Below are positions 20,931 to 28,739 of a stretch of 43,672 nt of DNA, piece after piece (within the stretch, counting starts at the first letter, position 1; every line of letters starts with the position of its first letter). The position numbers and the translations under genes are program-made. The notes beneath the pieces were generated by a model. It saw nothing but the letters and a program-made list of their open reading frames with translations, had not been told where the DNA came from and did no database searches. Source of the DNA: a virus (lineage: Duplodnaviria; Caudoviricetes); the IMG/VR virus record IMGVR_UViG_3300032327_000475, positions 1 to 43,672 of that record. One strand, given 5' to 3'.

Positions 20931-21716
20931 TTAATTGAATAAATTGTCCATAGCACCTTTCAAGCCTTCACTTCCTATATTTGAGAGTGCTTTATTTTTA
21001 GTAGCTTGCTGGTGTGTTGCAGGATTCTTCGCTGTTGTTTCTTTTGAAAGTCCGAATTGTTTTGACTTAGGTTGTTCCACTGGATTGACTGTCAACTCTA
21101 CTACTGAAGCCATTAAGTCTGCTTGATGTAAAATATAAACGATTGCAGACTTAGGTTTACTTTCTGGCATTCTAGAAATCAAATAAGGCTTATTAGCGTC
21201 ATCATACAAACCATCATGAGTCCTGATAGCGATCATTTCATTTAAAGTATATTTAATTCCTGCATCCTGAAGTAAGAATAAAGAACGATCTGGTACTGTC
21301 ATAAAACCTACTGCTGTATTGTAAGTATAAACTTCACCTAAGTTCTTCCTTCTCCATTCATCTTGACCTGGAAGATAAAGATCGTTTTCAGAGTCTCCTA
21401 CTTTACCTAAGTCATGATTGATAGCTGCGAAAACTAATTCCTCAATTGTGAATGTAGTCATATCGCATCCAAATTTTTCCCATAGTTTTGCAAAATGCAA
21501 AGATGCTTTGATAACACGATTAACGTGCTCGATATAACCTCCAGGAAAACAATTGTGATACTTAGTAGTATGAGCAGCAGGCATTATAATAAACCTATCT
21601 ACTCTATCTTTATAAAAAGATCTTAATGATTCTTTTCTAGGGGAAGAAATGTAACGGTCAATATAACCTAAAAATTCCTCCCAATTTGCTTGGAGTTGTT
21701 CTGCGGATAGATTCAT
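20931..21716 (-). CDS. HD-domain phosphohydrolase (YhaM-like)
   Basis: PAA...YH...GGYIEH, HDLGK, HDG, HQAD. Confidence 0.85.
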   Translation of the reverse strand: MNLSAEQLQANWEEFLGYIDRYISSPRKESLRSFYKDRVDRFIIMPAAHTTKYHNCFPGGYIEHVNRVIKASLHFAKLWEKFGCDMTTFTIEELVFAAINHDLGKVGDSENDLYLPGQDEWRRKNLGEVYTYNTAVGFMTVPDRSLFLLQDAGIKYTLNEMIAIRTHDGLYDDANKPYLISRMPESKPKSAIVYILHQADLMASVVELTVNPVEQPKSKQFGLSKETTAKNPATHQQATKNKALSNIGSEGLKGAMDNLFN

Positions 21717-21718
21717 GA

Positions 21719-21913
21719 TTAAGCCGAAATTTCTTGATTAGAGATTGGTTCAATACTAATAAGTCCTTTAACTCTTTCAAGAACATCTTTAGTTCTTTGA
21801 ATAGTATCTAAATAATCTTTAATTGGTTGTTGTGTTTGAACAATCTGTTCTAATGATCTTAAATTATTTTCCAATATGTCTAATTGGATATTTACTTGGT
21901 CTCTATATCTCAT
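21719..21913 (-). CDS. Hypothetical protein
   Basis: 64-aa ORF; GTTG-N20-TATATTAA upstream. Confidence 0.65.
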   Translation of the reverse strand: MRYRDQVNIQLDILENNLRSLEQIVQTQQPIKDYLDTIQRTKDVLERVKGLISIEPISNQEISA

Positions 21914-22010
21914 ATACTTAATATAATAACTATTCTTTAAATAACCAACTTATTCTTGTCCTCTTGTCTTTTTTTCCCAAACCCCATGTATGTAAGGTAG
22001 GAGTTAAAAA

Positions 22011-22457
22011 CTACAAAGGCAACTTATTTTGAGAAAAGTTTGTGAAGTCACTGAATTTCTTTATCAATGCACACTTTTCATAATCCTCCCTGCTTTGAAA
22101 GAACTGAATTGCTTTACCACAAGCAGTTAAAAAATCTGCTCCTGCTTTTTCGAGAAGTACATCCTGATGAAAAGGATCCTCTAAAGATAGTTTAGATAAG
22201 TGGTTAAAGCCAGCTGTATATAGCATATACCTACTCAATTCAGTATTAGCTTCAAAATCAAAATGACCATCTATACCTATAACCCCTAAGAATTGAATAG
22301 TATTTTGTATAGATTCTTCCCCTCTTATGATCATTCTAGTAAATAGACCCATAAGTACATAAGGATGCTCGGAGAGATTTGTAATCTCTTTCGTAGATTC
22401 TTTTCCCTGGTTCTCAGGTTCAGAATCAAAAAGACTAAATATAGTATTCGGATCCAT
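22011..22457 (-). CDS. Hypothetical protein with C-terminal UVR (UvrB/UvrC)-like motif
   Basis: AIQFFQSREDYEKCALIK. Confidence 0.55.
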   Translation of the reverse strand: MDPNTIFSLFDSEPENQGKESTKEITNLSEHPYVLMGLFTRMIIRGEESIQNTIQFLGVIGIDGHFDFEANTELSRYMLYTAGFNHLSKLSLEDPFHQDVLLEKAGADFLTACGKAIQFFQSREDYEKCALIKKFSDFTNFSQNKLPL

Positions 22458-22481
22458 GTAAAAGTATCATATAACCTATAT

Positions 22482-22509
22482 AAAAAAGGGATACCCTAAG
22501 ATACCCCTT
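22482..22509 (-). terminator. Intrinsic terminator
   Basis: AAGGGGTATC TTAG GGTATCCC TTTTTT after stop 22532. Confidence 0.7.
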
Positions 22510-22531
22510 CTAGTATGTATTGGAGTTAAGC

Positions 22532-23458
22532 TTATCCTTGACTTAGGATAATATTTTTATTGAAGTATGTAATTGTGTTTGCAATTTGACGAATCAATTT
22601 CTCATCACCTAATTCCTTAGCTGCACGATAAGCGTCCGTCAATTCACTGAATGCTTTTTTAGATTCTGAAGAGCCAGCATCAACATCACCAGCAGTATCC
22701 ATATTCATATCTACTTGAGTATCGTCCATTCCTTCTTCTCCATCAAGATTTAAATCAATGTTTTCACCATCAGTTCCAAGATCAATATCTACATCTTCCT
22801 CTTCAGGAGCTTCTTCTTCTTTTTTCTTTTTAGCTTCTGATATTGAACCAGCAGGAGGATCGATTAGGAGTTCTGATAAGTAATTAATAATATCATCATA
22901 ATCAAAACCTTCCTTATGTAGTTGTGTCATGATTCTATCAGCAATGCTAAGGAAAGCTCGTATATCATTCTGATTTACAAGGCCGTCCATTCTCTCCATA
23001 CCTTCATAAGAAGTCTCATCCAAGTTATCCATATCAGCAGCAGCAGCCATAGTAGCAGCATTATCACCACCTAAGTTACTTGAATCTAAATCAAAATCTT
23101 CCTTTAAAGCTTTCTCAGCAAGAATTGCTTCCTTAATCTTCTTTTTGAATTCTGATTTTTTCATTTTACCTTTCTCAGATCCCATCATAGCAGCCTTCTT
23201 AGGCTTCTTATCCATATTTTCAGTAAGACCTAGATTATCTTTAATATCTGAAATGTAGTCTTCAACTTCCTTAGCGGTTGTAAATTCAGTGAATCTATCC
23301 CAAGAATTCTCATCCATTTCATCAATTTCATGATGGATCTTTAAAGCCATTTCTTTACCGTATTTTTGTTCTAAATACTCAGGAGCATAAAATTGTCCTT
23401 GGAAACCTTCGGTAAGGATACCGGCAAGTTTCTGCATTCTTCTAAATTCTTTATTCAT
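22532..23458 (-). CDS. Acidic, probably head-packaged polyprotein
   Basis: RMQKLAGILTE N-terminus; repeated L/I-x-E sites; late motif upstream. Confidence 0.55.
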   Translation of the reverse strand: MNKEFRRMQKLAGILTEGFQGQFYAPEYLEQKYGKEMALKIHHEIDEMDENSWDRFTEFTTAKEVEDYISDIKDNLGLTENMDKKPKKAAMMGSEKGKMKKSEFKKKIKEAILAEKALKEDFDLDSSNLGGDNAATMAAAADMDNLDETSYEGMERMDGLVNQNDIRAFLSIADRIMTQLHKEGFDYDDIINYLSELLIDPPAGSISEAKKKKEEEAPEEEDVDIDLGTDGENIDLNLDGEEGMDDTQVDMNMDTAGDVDAGSSESKKAFSELTDAYRAAKELGDEKLIRQIANTITYFNKNIILSQG

Positions 23459-23476
23459 CTTAAAAAGCGCTTTAAT

Positions 23477-23484
23477 AATAAATA
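23477..23484 (-). promoter_or_regulatory. Putative late promoter TATTTATT
   Basis: 18 nt upstream of ATG 23458. Confidence 0.45.
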
Positions 23485-23493
23485 GTAAGGTTT

Positions 23494-23724
23494 TTAGGAA
23501 AGTTCATGTAAAAATAGTAAGGTCATATGAGACAGTTCCGGTATACCATGTCGTCTAGCTCTACCGCATTTAACTAACATAGATCCTTTATTAACCTCAA
23601 ATCCCACTATAGGACCATGTGGTGTAGTATCACCAATATGAAATTTTTTATCATCCGATAGTCTCCAAACCCCTCCGATTTGTTTTTCAGGGTTTAAGGC
23701 TATAATTCTCCATACACTATTCAT
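23494..23724 (-). CDS. Hypothetical protein
   Basis: CTTG-N20-TACATTCA promoter 4 nt before the ATG. Confidence 0.65.
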   Translation of the reverse strand: MNSVWRIIALNPEKQIGGVWRLSDDKKFHIGDTTPHGPIVGFEVNKGSMLVKCGRARRHGIPELSHMTLLFLHELS

Positions 23725-23762
23725 TTGCTGAATGTACGAACTAAAACCGAGGAAAGCAAGAA

Positions 23763-23915
23763 TTAACCCTGCCCTCTAGACACCTTACAGTAATTTTTTG
23801 AATTTTTATTTTTAGACATTTTAGTCTTAGCATGAATGCCTTTTCTTGAAACCTTCGGTTTTGCAAACTTTACAATAACAGAGGCGGTCTTAGTTTTTCC
23901 TTTTGCTGGTGCCAT
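23763..23915 (-). CDS. 50-aa basic protein ending RGQG (not in ORF track)
   Basis: MAPAKGKTKTASVIVKFAKPKVSRKGIHAKTKMSKNKNSKNYCKVSRGQG; TATTTATC motif 7 nt upstream. Confidence 0.7.
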   Translation of the reverse strand: MAPAKGKTKTASVIVKFAKPKVSRKGIHAKTKMSKNKNSKNYCKVSRGQG

Positions 23916-23940
23916 AATTACTGATAAATATCCGTAGGGT

Positions 23941-25035
23941 TTAATCTAGGAAGTAATCAATGTAATTTTCTGTAGCGTAAAGCTGATTGCCTGTTGGTAA
24001 AGCACCCCTAACTATAAGCTGGTAGATTTTACCACCGTACGGAGTTGTAACACCGCTATTAGATCCTATATAAAGAGGGAGGTTACTAAAGTTACCTGTG
24101 CCGGCATCTGTACCAGTCCAGGTAATTTGAGAACCGGTAAGTTGTACGTAGTTTAACCTAGGAATCAATTCAAGTTCTTTAGTAGCTTGAGATATATCAA
24201 AAATACCGGTTAGAATATCATCACCATCGACAACGTTATTAACTGCCGCTCTAATAGTAGTAGTACCTCTTAAATATAAACTATGATCCGCTACTGCAGA
24301 GGGAGCACCTATTAAGAATGATCCATTAACTGAATTAATATCTGAACCTAAAGCTGCTACCACACCAGCAGAACTTGAATCCTCAACATTAATACCAGCA
24401 CATACAAACATTTGAGCAGTAGCTGTAAAATCAATTGAAGGAGTGACTAATTGTCGACCAGCTTTAATGAATGTAACATTATAGTAACCATCACTATCAA
24501 TCTGCCAAGTTGGTCTAAGACCTGCAGTTACTTGTGTGGCATGATTACCGTTACCTGACTTATCCAACCACCTACCGACTGGTTGACCCAAAGCTGTTAC
24601 AGGAACCGTACCTGCAGCATCTTGAAATAATGTTGTTATATCTGAAGCATCAAACCAAACCCCTTTTTGACCAGAAGAAAATAAAGTAGTAGGATCGTAA
24701 ATATCTAGATTATAACCCCCAGTACCTCTTAATTTATAATTTGAACCAGAGATAACATTAAGCCCGGGCCTAAATACAAAAGAAGAAGTTCCCGGTTGAA
24801 CAACCACAGAAGCAATGTAAGATGATGTGATTAAACCTTGAGATGCAGTTGTATTATAAGATCCTGAAAAATTAACCGGAGTAGTAGAATCATACGCTCC
24901 ATTGTTATTACGGTTAGTTTCCATAGTAAAGTATGAAGAACCATCTGGATTAGTGAATAAAAATAATTTAGAACCTGAGATATTCTCTCCTACTGAACCA
25001 GTTCCATATAGTTGCTGAGGTGTGTATGAAGCCAT
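23941..25035 (-). CDS. Virion structural/fibre protein with a LamG-like domain
   Basis: WFDASDITTLFQDAAGT...VGRWLDKSGNGNHATQ...YGGKIYQLIV. Confidence 0.65.
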   Translation of the reverse strand: MASYTPQQLYGTGSVGENISGSKLFLFTNPDGSSYFTMETNRNNNGAYDSTTPVNFSGSYNTTASQGLITSSYIASVVVQPGTSSFVFRPGLNVISGSNYKLRGTGGYNLDIYDPTTLFSSGQKGVWFDASDITTLFQDAAGTVPVTALGQPVGRWLDKSGNGNHATQVTAGLRPTWQIDSDGYYNVTFIKAGRQLVTPSIDFTATAQMFVCAGINVEDSSSAGVVAALGSDINSVNGSFLIGAPSAVADHSLYLRGTTTIRAAVNNVVDGDDILTGIFDISQATKELELIPRLNYVQLTGSQITWTGTDAGTGNFSNLPLYIGSNSGVTTPYGGKIYQLIVRGALPTGNQLYATENYIDYFLD

Positions 25036-25039
25036 ATAT

Positions 25040-25047
25040 TATAAATA
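25040..25047 (-). promoter_or_regulatory. Putative late promoter TATTTATA
   Basis: 4 nt upstream of ATG 25035. Confidence 0.55.
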
Positions 25048-25072
25048 GTAGACATTCTTTAACTATAAATTG

Positions 25073-25384
25073 TTAGCCTTTTAATACCTCCTTCTTGGCT
25101 TGAAGTTTATCAATTCTTGAATCGACATGAGAAATAATTTCTCGTTTTTGTTCTTCTGAATAGCGCTGTGCATGTCGCATCATCTCTTCGATACTGTTGT
25201 GCATGCCTCTAGTTTCATCATTAATTATTCTATAAAAATCTGATCTAGATAGCTCTAAAACCTCTTCTAAGCTTTTGTATTTTTTATTCAAACCGTGTAT
25301 CTTAACCATACCCACAACTACCAGCGTAACAACTGCTACACCAATAACTGAAAGTACACCTAAAATGAATGATGTTGTTCCCAT
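25073..25384 (-). CDS. Membrane-anchored coiled-coil protein
   Basis: N-terminal TM helix. Confidence 0.7.
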   Translation of the reverse strand: MGTTSFILGVLSVIGVAVVTLVVVGMVKIHGLNKKYKSLEEVLELSRSDFYRIINDETRGMHNSIEEMMRHAQRYSEEQKREIISHVDSRIDKLQAKKEVLKG

Positions 25385-25439
25385 ATTGTTTTTCCTTTCT
25401 GTTTTTTTAAGTTAAAGAATGTCAAAGAACGTCTACTAG

Positions 25440-25513
25440 TGGACCATACAGGACTTGAACCTGTGACCTTCTCATTATGAGTGAGCTGCTCTAACCAACT
25501 GAGCTAAAGGTCC
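25440..25513 (-). tRNA. tRNA with CAT anticodon, probably tRNA-Ile2
   Basis: GGACCTTTAGCTCAGTTGGTTAGAGC...CT CAT AA...GTTCAAGT; body resembles Ile2 rather than Met; no encoded CCA. Confidence 0.85.
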
Positions 25514-25519
25514 ATTTTG

Positions 25520-25591
25520 TACTCCCAACGGGATTCGAACCCGTGACTTGTCCGTGAAAGGGACATGACTTAACCACTTGTCGATAGGAGC
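25520..25591 (-). tRNA. tRNA-Glu(TTC)
   Basis: TGTCC CT TTC AC GGACA; full cloverleaf. Confidence 0.9.
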
Positions 25592-25595
25592 AAAT

Positions 25596-25697
25596 AAAGT
25601 AAGATGGTGAGGTGTTAGGGGCTTTGACCCACTCGGCTTTCCTCTCCACCCATAACCTTAACTAGTATTGGATGACGGCTACATACCACCTTACTTT
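25596..25697 (-). ncRNA. Putative structured RNA between tRNA-Gln and tRNA-Glu
   Basis: 13-bp terminal stem AAAGTAAGGTGGT/ACCATCTTACTTT with one G-U pair. Confidence 0.5.
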
Positions 25698-25698
25698 G

Positions 25699-25769
25699 TT
25701 ACCTCCTAAGGATTCGAACCTCAATTAATTGGACCAAAACCAATTGTCCTGCCGTTAGACGAGGAGGTA
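25699..25769 (-). tRNA. tRNA-Gln(TTG)
   Basis: ATTGG TT TTG GT CCAAT; U1-A72. Confidence 0.9.
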
Positions 25770-25840
25770 GTTTGTAGGACATCGCTTAACCTACGGTGAT
25801 TGTACTTCTCACCTTAAACCCATAAGGTACGATTTTTTTG

Positions 25841-25925
25841 CGGAAGATGTAGGATTCGAACCTACGGAACCTTTCGGTTCAACAGTTTTCAAGACTGCCG
25901 CATTCGACCACTCTGCCAATCTTCC
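25841..25925 (-). tRNA. tRNA-Ser(TGA)
   Basis: GCAGT CT TGA AA ACTGT; long variable arm; G73. Confidence 0.92.
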
Positions 25926-25995
25926 ATGTCTCCTGTGGTAGTCATCCACTACATTTGCCTGGAGTGTGAGGCTAGCTGAGACTAATCAGCACGTG

Positions 25996-26110
25996 TAGTC
26001 AGGACAGGATTTGAACCTGTAGGTGTTTTACATTTCTTCCCAACACTAATCGTGTTAAGTAATAGCGTCTACCACGTCAGGGGACACCCCTAACCTTCCG
26101 CCACCTGACT
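25996..26110 (-). ncRNA. tRNA-like RNA copy 1
   Basis: AGTCAGG/CCTGACT-A acceptor; ACAGG TTCAAAT CCTGT; hairpin inserted in the D-loop; no canonical anticodon arm. Confidence 0.75.
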
Positions 26111-26119
26111 AATTTTAAA

Positions 26120-26312
26120 CCAAAGTAGAGTAGAGTTAAACTTTTGCTGAAAAGTTTTAAGTGTTGAGTTTTTCTGTTTTTGAATCTTGAATTTTGAATC
26201 TTAAGGCATTCATCAATATCAATATCAAAGCATCACGTTATCGTTAGATAGTAATCTCTATCAGAGACGTCCGAGGACGGTGCTACTCATTCAACCCTAC
26301 TCTTTAAATTGG
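26120..26312 (-). ncRNA. Putative structured RNA downstream of the DIP1984-like gene, with 6- and 7-nt repeats
   Basis: 14-bp closing stem AGAGTAGGGTTGAA/TTTAACTCTACTCT (2 G-U); internal hairpins; ATTCAA(A/G) repeats. Confidence 0.6.
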
Positions 26313-26738
26313 TTATATCATTGTGAGAGCATTATATGCCTCAATTTCTTCTTGAAGAGTTTCAATCTGCTCTTCTATTTCTTTTATTTTAGAATCCTTA
26401 GTGAATAAGTTCATATGAACTACATATTCATTTGTATTGTCACTGTAACGATCCTTAATGCTCCCTTCCTGGGTTGATACATTACGAAGCTTTGTAGCCA
26501 TGTTTTTTAATTCTCCTAATTTAAAAATTTTATTAGCAATACCTACATTAGCAATATGAATCTTAGTTTTTAAATTAACCAACTGGTCTGTTAAATTAAT
26601 CCAATTTTCAAATGCTTCGCCTGCATCGTACCCTACACTTCCCTTTTCTGTCGAGTTAAATTTGCTAAAACGGATGTACATTTCATCGATTTGCTTTACA
26701 AGTTTCTTTTTGTGCTTTAGTGCTTTTGTTAAGTTCAT
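26313..26738 (-). CDS. DIP1984-like (septicolysin-annotated family) helical protein
   Basis: MNLTKAL...L..QI, L..LK.KI..AN, C-terminal LQEEIEAYNALT resemble that family as I recall it. Confidence 0.6.
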   Translation of the reverse strand: MNLTKALKHKKKLVKQIDEMYIRFSKFNSTEKGSVGYDAGEAFENWINLTDQLVNLKTKIHIANVGIANKIFKLGELKNMATKLRNVSTQEGSIKDRYSDNTNEYVVHMNLFTKDSKIKEIEEQIETLQEEIEAYNALTMI

Positions 26739-26758
26739 ACTTTATTATTATTATTTAG

Positions 26759-26864
26759 TAGTCAAGGCCGGACTCGAACCGGATACCGTTCTAGACGGAG
26801 TAGACAACCTTACCTCCTAAGAGTTGGGGGCTTGGGAACCATCCCGCATTACGTCCACTTGACT
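26759..26864 (-). ncRNA. tRNA-like RNA copy 2
   Basis: AGTCAAG/CTTGACT-A (compensatory change); CCGG TTCGAGT CCGG. Confidence 0.7.
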
Positions 26865-26870
26865 ATTTTT

Positions 26871-26945
26871 GCTCTTTATTCTAATACCCTTTTATATCAG
26901 AGCTAACCTGCTTTACTTAAACGAGTTTTTCAAGGGTACAGGTTA
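26871..26945 (-). ncRNA. Putative two-hairpin RNA with complementary loops
   Basis: TAACCTG/CAGGTTA and GCTCT/AGAGC stems; TACCCTT and AAGGGTA in the loops. Confidence 0.35.
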
Positions 26946-26949
26946 TTTG

Positions 26950-27042
26950 TAGTCAGGAGAGGAATTGAACCTCTCTACAGGGAGCTACCCGACATCCATG
27001 ACCTGCCATCGGACTCGAACCGACCTTGTATCCAACCTAACT
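26950..27042 (-). ncRNA. tRNA-like RNA copy 3 (two T-arms)
   Basis: AGTTAGG/CCTGACT-A; AGAGG TTCAATT CCTCT; internal TCGG TTCGAGT CCGA. Confidence 0.7.
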
Positions 27043-27048
27043 ATTTTG

Positions 27049-27117
27049 TTGCGGACCACGACTCGAACGTGAATTTAAGGTTATGAGCCTTATGTGTTAC
27101 CATTACACTAACCCGCC
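27049..27117 (-). tRNA. Atypical short tRNA-Met(CAT)
   Basis: TAAGG CT CAT AA CCTTA; G1:A72 mismatch; 69 nt. Confidence 0.7.
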
Positions 27118-27161
27118 ATATAAGGTGAGAACTGTTGTTTACTTGTTCGCTACCTAGCATA

Positions 27162-27195
27162 TATAAATATAAGAATATCCTTCTAAACAGGCAAC
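27162..27195 (-). promoter_or_regulatory. Promoter of the tRNA operon (sigma-A type overlapping the late motif)
   Basis: GTTG-N20-TATATTTA (27164-27195) overlapping TATTTATA (27162-27169). Confidence 0.65.
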
Positions 27196-27196
27196 T

Positions 27197-27517
27197 TTAT
27201 TTTTTGATTAATGTAAGTCCTAATAGAACACCCCCTAAGAAACTAAAAAGAACTCCGATAACGCCTATAATAAAGAACCCTACTATAAAGCAGACAATTG
27301 AAATCACTAGGTATCTTTTACGAACCCTCTCAAAGTATTCAGTACTTTTTTCAGATAGCATTAGAAGAGAATGATAAGCAGCACCAACGACCATAGATGT
27401 AAAGAATAGACATCCGATAAATAACGGATACATACTTTTGATATAAGCCGTAAGCCCGATGAGGAGTAAGAATCCTGCCAGGATCAAATCTTTTTTAAAT
27501 TCTCTTTTGTTTTCCAT
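27197..27517 (-). CDS. Multi-pass membrane protein
   Basis: Several hydrophobic helices; own promoter at ~27545. Confidence 0.7.
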   Translation of the reverse strand: MENKREFKKDLILAGFLLLIGLTAYIKSMYPLFIGCLFFTSMVVGAAYHSLLMLSEKSTEYFERVRKRYLVISIVCFIVGFFIIGVIGVLFSFLGGVLLGLTLIKK

Positions 27518-27578
27518 AACCTTAATTGTTTTTTATTATAATCTAAAGATACGAACTATTCTGATAAAAAGCAAGCCT

Positions 27579-27731
27579 TTAGTTAAAATCTTTTTTATTA
27601 TTTTTTCTATTATATACCTTACCGGAAGGCTTTATTCGGCTTATCATGTTCCGGCGGATGATCTGGCGGACTTGACCTCTAGAAAGTCCTTTCAGGACTT
27701 CATCTGAATTATTTACTGTACCTTGGTTCAT
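27579..27731 (-). CDS. 50-aa basic protein (not in ORF track)
   Basis: MNQGTVNNSDEVLKGLSRGQVRQIIRRNMISRIKPSGKVYNRKNNKKDFN; own promoter at ~27756. Confidence 0.7.
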   Translation of the reverse strand: MNQGTVNNSDEVLKGLSRGQVRQIIRRNMISRIKPSGKVYNRKNNKKDFN

Positions 27732-27793
27732 AATCTTATATCTTATAACTATACCTAAAGATACGAATAATAATTTGAATAAACAACTGTTTT

Positions 27794-28423
27794 TTAGTAA
27801 TATAAAGGTTCTCCGTTAAAATAATCCTTGCCGTAGTACAAGACAGCATCTACCGCTTGATCTAAAGAGACCTCAAAGAATTCCCTTGAAGACCCTTGTA
27901 TAGAACCCTTTCTTTTATCTTCAAAATGACGATGTACTAGGTTTTCAACCTTATAGTCATTCAAGACCGGAAGAGCAAATTTTAAGTCCCATTCCGAGAC
28001 TGTGCCCGCACCGTTGATGGCATGTATTCTATCTGTAGGACTAACAGCCTTTCCGATCTTACATAAGTCCGGATATTCACTATTAGTTAATACATAAACG
28101 TACTTTCCTTTTGACTGCGTTAATTCATAGTCATGTAACTTCTGTTTATCCTTTGCATACAAGTATATCCAAGTGATAGACCTAGTTTCATCGTCAACTG
28201 ATATCATTACATCACAGATGTATTCACAATCGATAAAATCCAAGACTTTCTCAACAGAAACCTTCCTGTATTTAAATAATAAGTCTTGATAGTTCTTAGA
28301 CCATCTAAGGAGGTTATTCTTCGGATCACTATAAGAAAGAAGATGACCGGGGTAGTAGACTTCTACGTACCCCTTCTCCTCCATCTCTATCAAAGATTCG
28401 ATATCGATTGTTTTTCTTTTCAT
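27794..28423 (-). CDS. T5orf172-type GIY-YIG domain protein
   Basis: YVYVLTN...CKIG...R...VENLVH...REFF. Confidence 0.8.
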   Translation of the reverse strand: MKRKTIDIESLIEMEEKGYVEVYYPGHLLSYSDPKNNLLRWSKNYQDLLFKYRKVSVEKVLDFIDCEYICDVMISVDDETRSITWIYLYAKDKQKLHDYELTQSKGKYVYVLTNSEYPDLCKIGKAVSPTDRIHAINGAGTVSEWDLKFALPVLNDYKVENLVHRHFEDKRKGSIQGSSREFFEVSLDQAVDAVLYYGKDYFNGEPLYY

Positions 28424-28431
28424 ACGAAAAG

Positions 28432-28716
28432 TTAATCCGGCTTAGTAATTAAATAATCCTCCGTACCAAACATTCCGATATAAGAACTAGATACATCTCT
28501 ACAAAATTCTTCTGTAAGAACTTTTTCATTAGACTGCTGAAAGTTCCATCGGATATCCCTACGGGCATACTTCTGAAGTTCTTCTAAGTTCTTAGGAGAA
28601 TCATCTTCTCCATCTTCTACAACCTCTTTAATAAATTCATAAACGTTTTCTCCGAAAGCCTCAACTAATACATTAATGTAAGCTTCTACAAATTCTGATT
28701 TAATTTTCTTTTCCAT
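28432..28716 (-). CDS. Hypothetical early protein
   Basis: Own promoter immediately upstream. Confidence 0.7.
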   Translation of the reverse strand: MEKKIKSEFVEAYINVLVEAFGENVYEFIKEVVEDGEDDSPKNLEELQKYARRDIRWNFQQSNEKVLTEEFCRDVSSSYIGMFGTEDYLITKPD

Positions 28717-28739
28717 AACCTAAAGATACGAACTTTATT

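Noticed and set aside
25385-27120. HDV-like theta ribozymes at tRNA 3' ends
   Set aside because: The trailers start with CAA/CTA A-rich sequence and I could not build the nested double pseudoknot by eye; not excluded without a motif search.
27682-27706. Hammerhead-like CAGATGA-AGTCC TGAA AGGAC
   Set aside because: It lacks the CUGAUGA and GAAA core, and lies within a plausible ORF.
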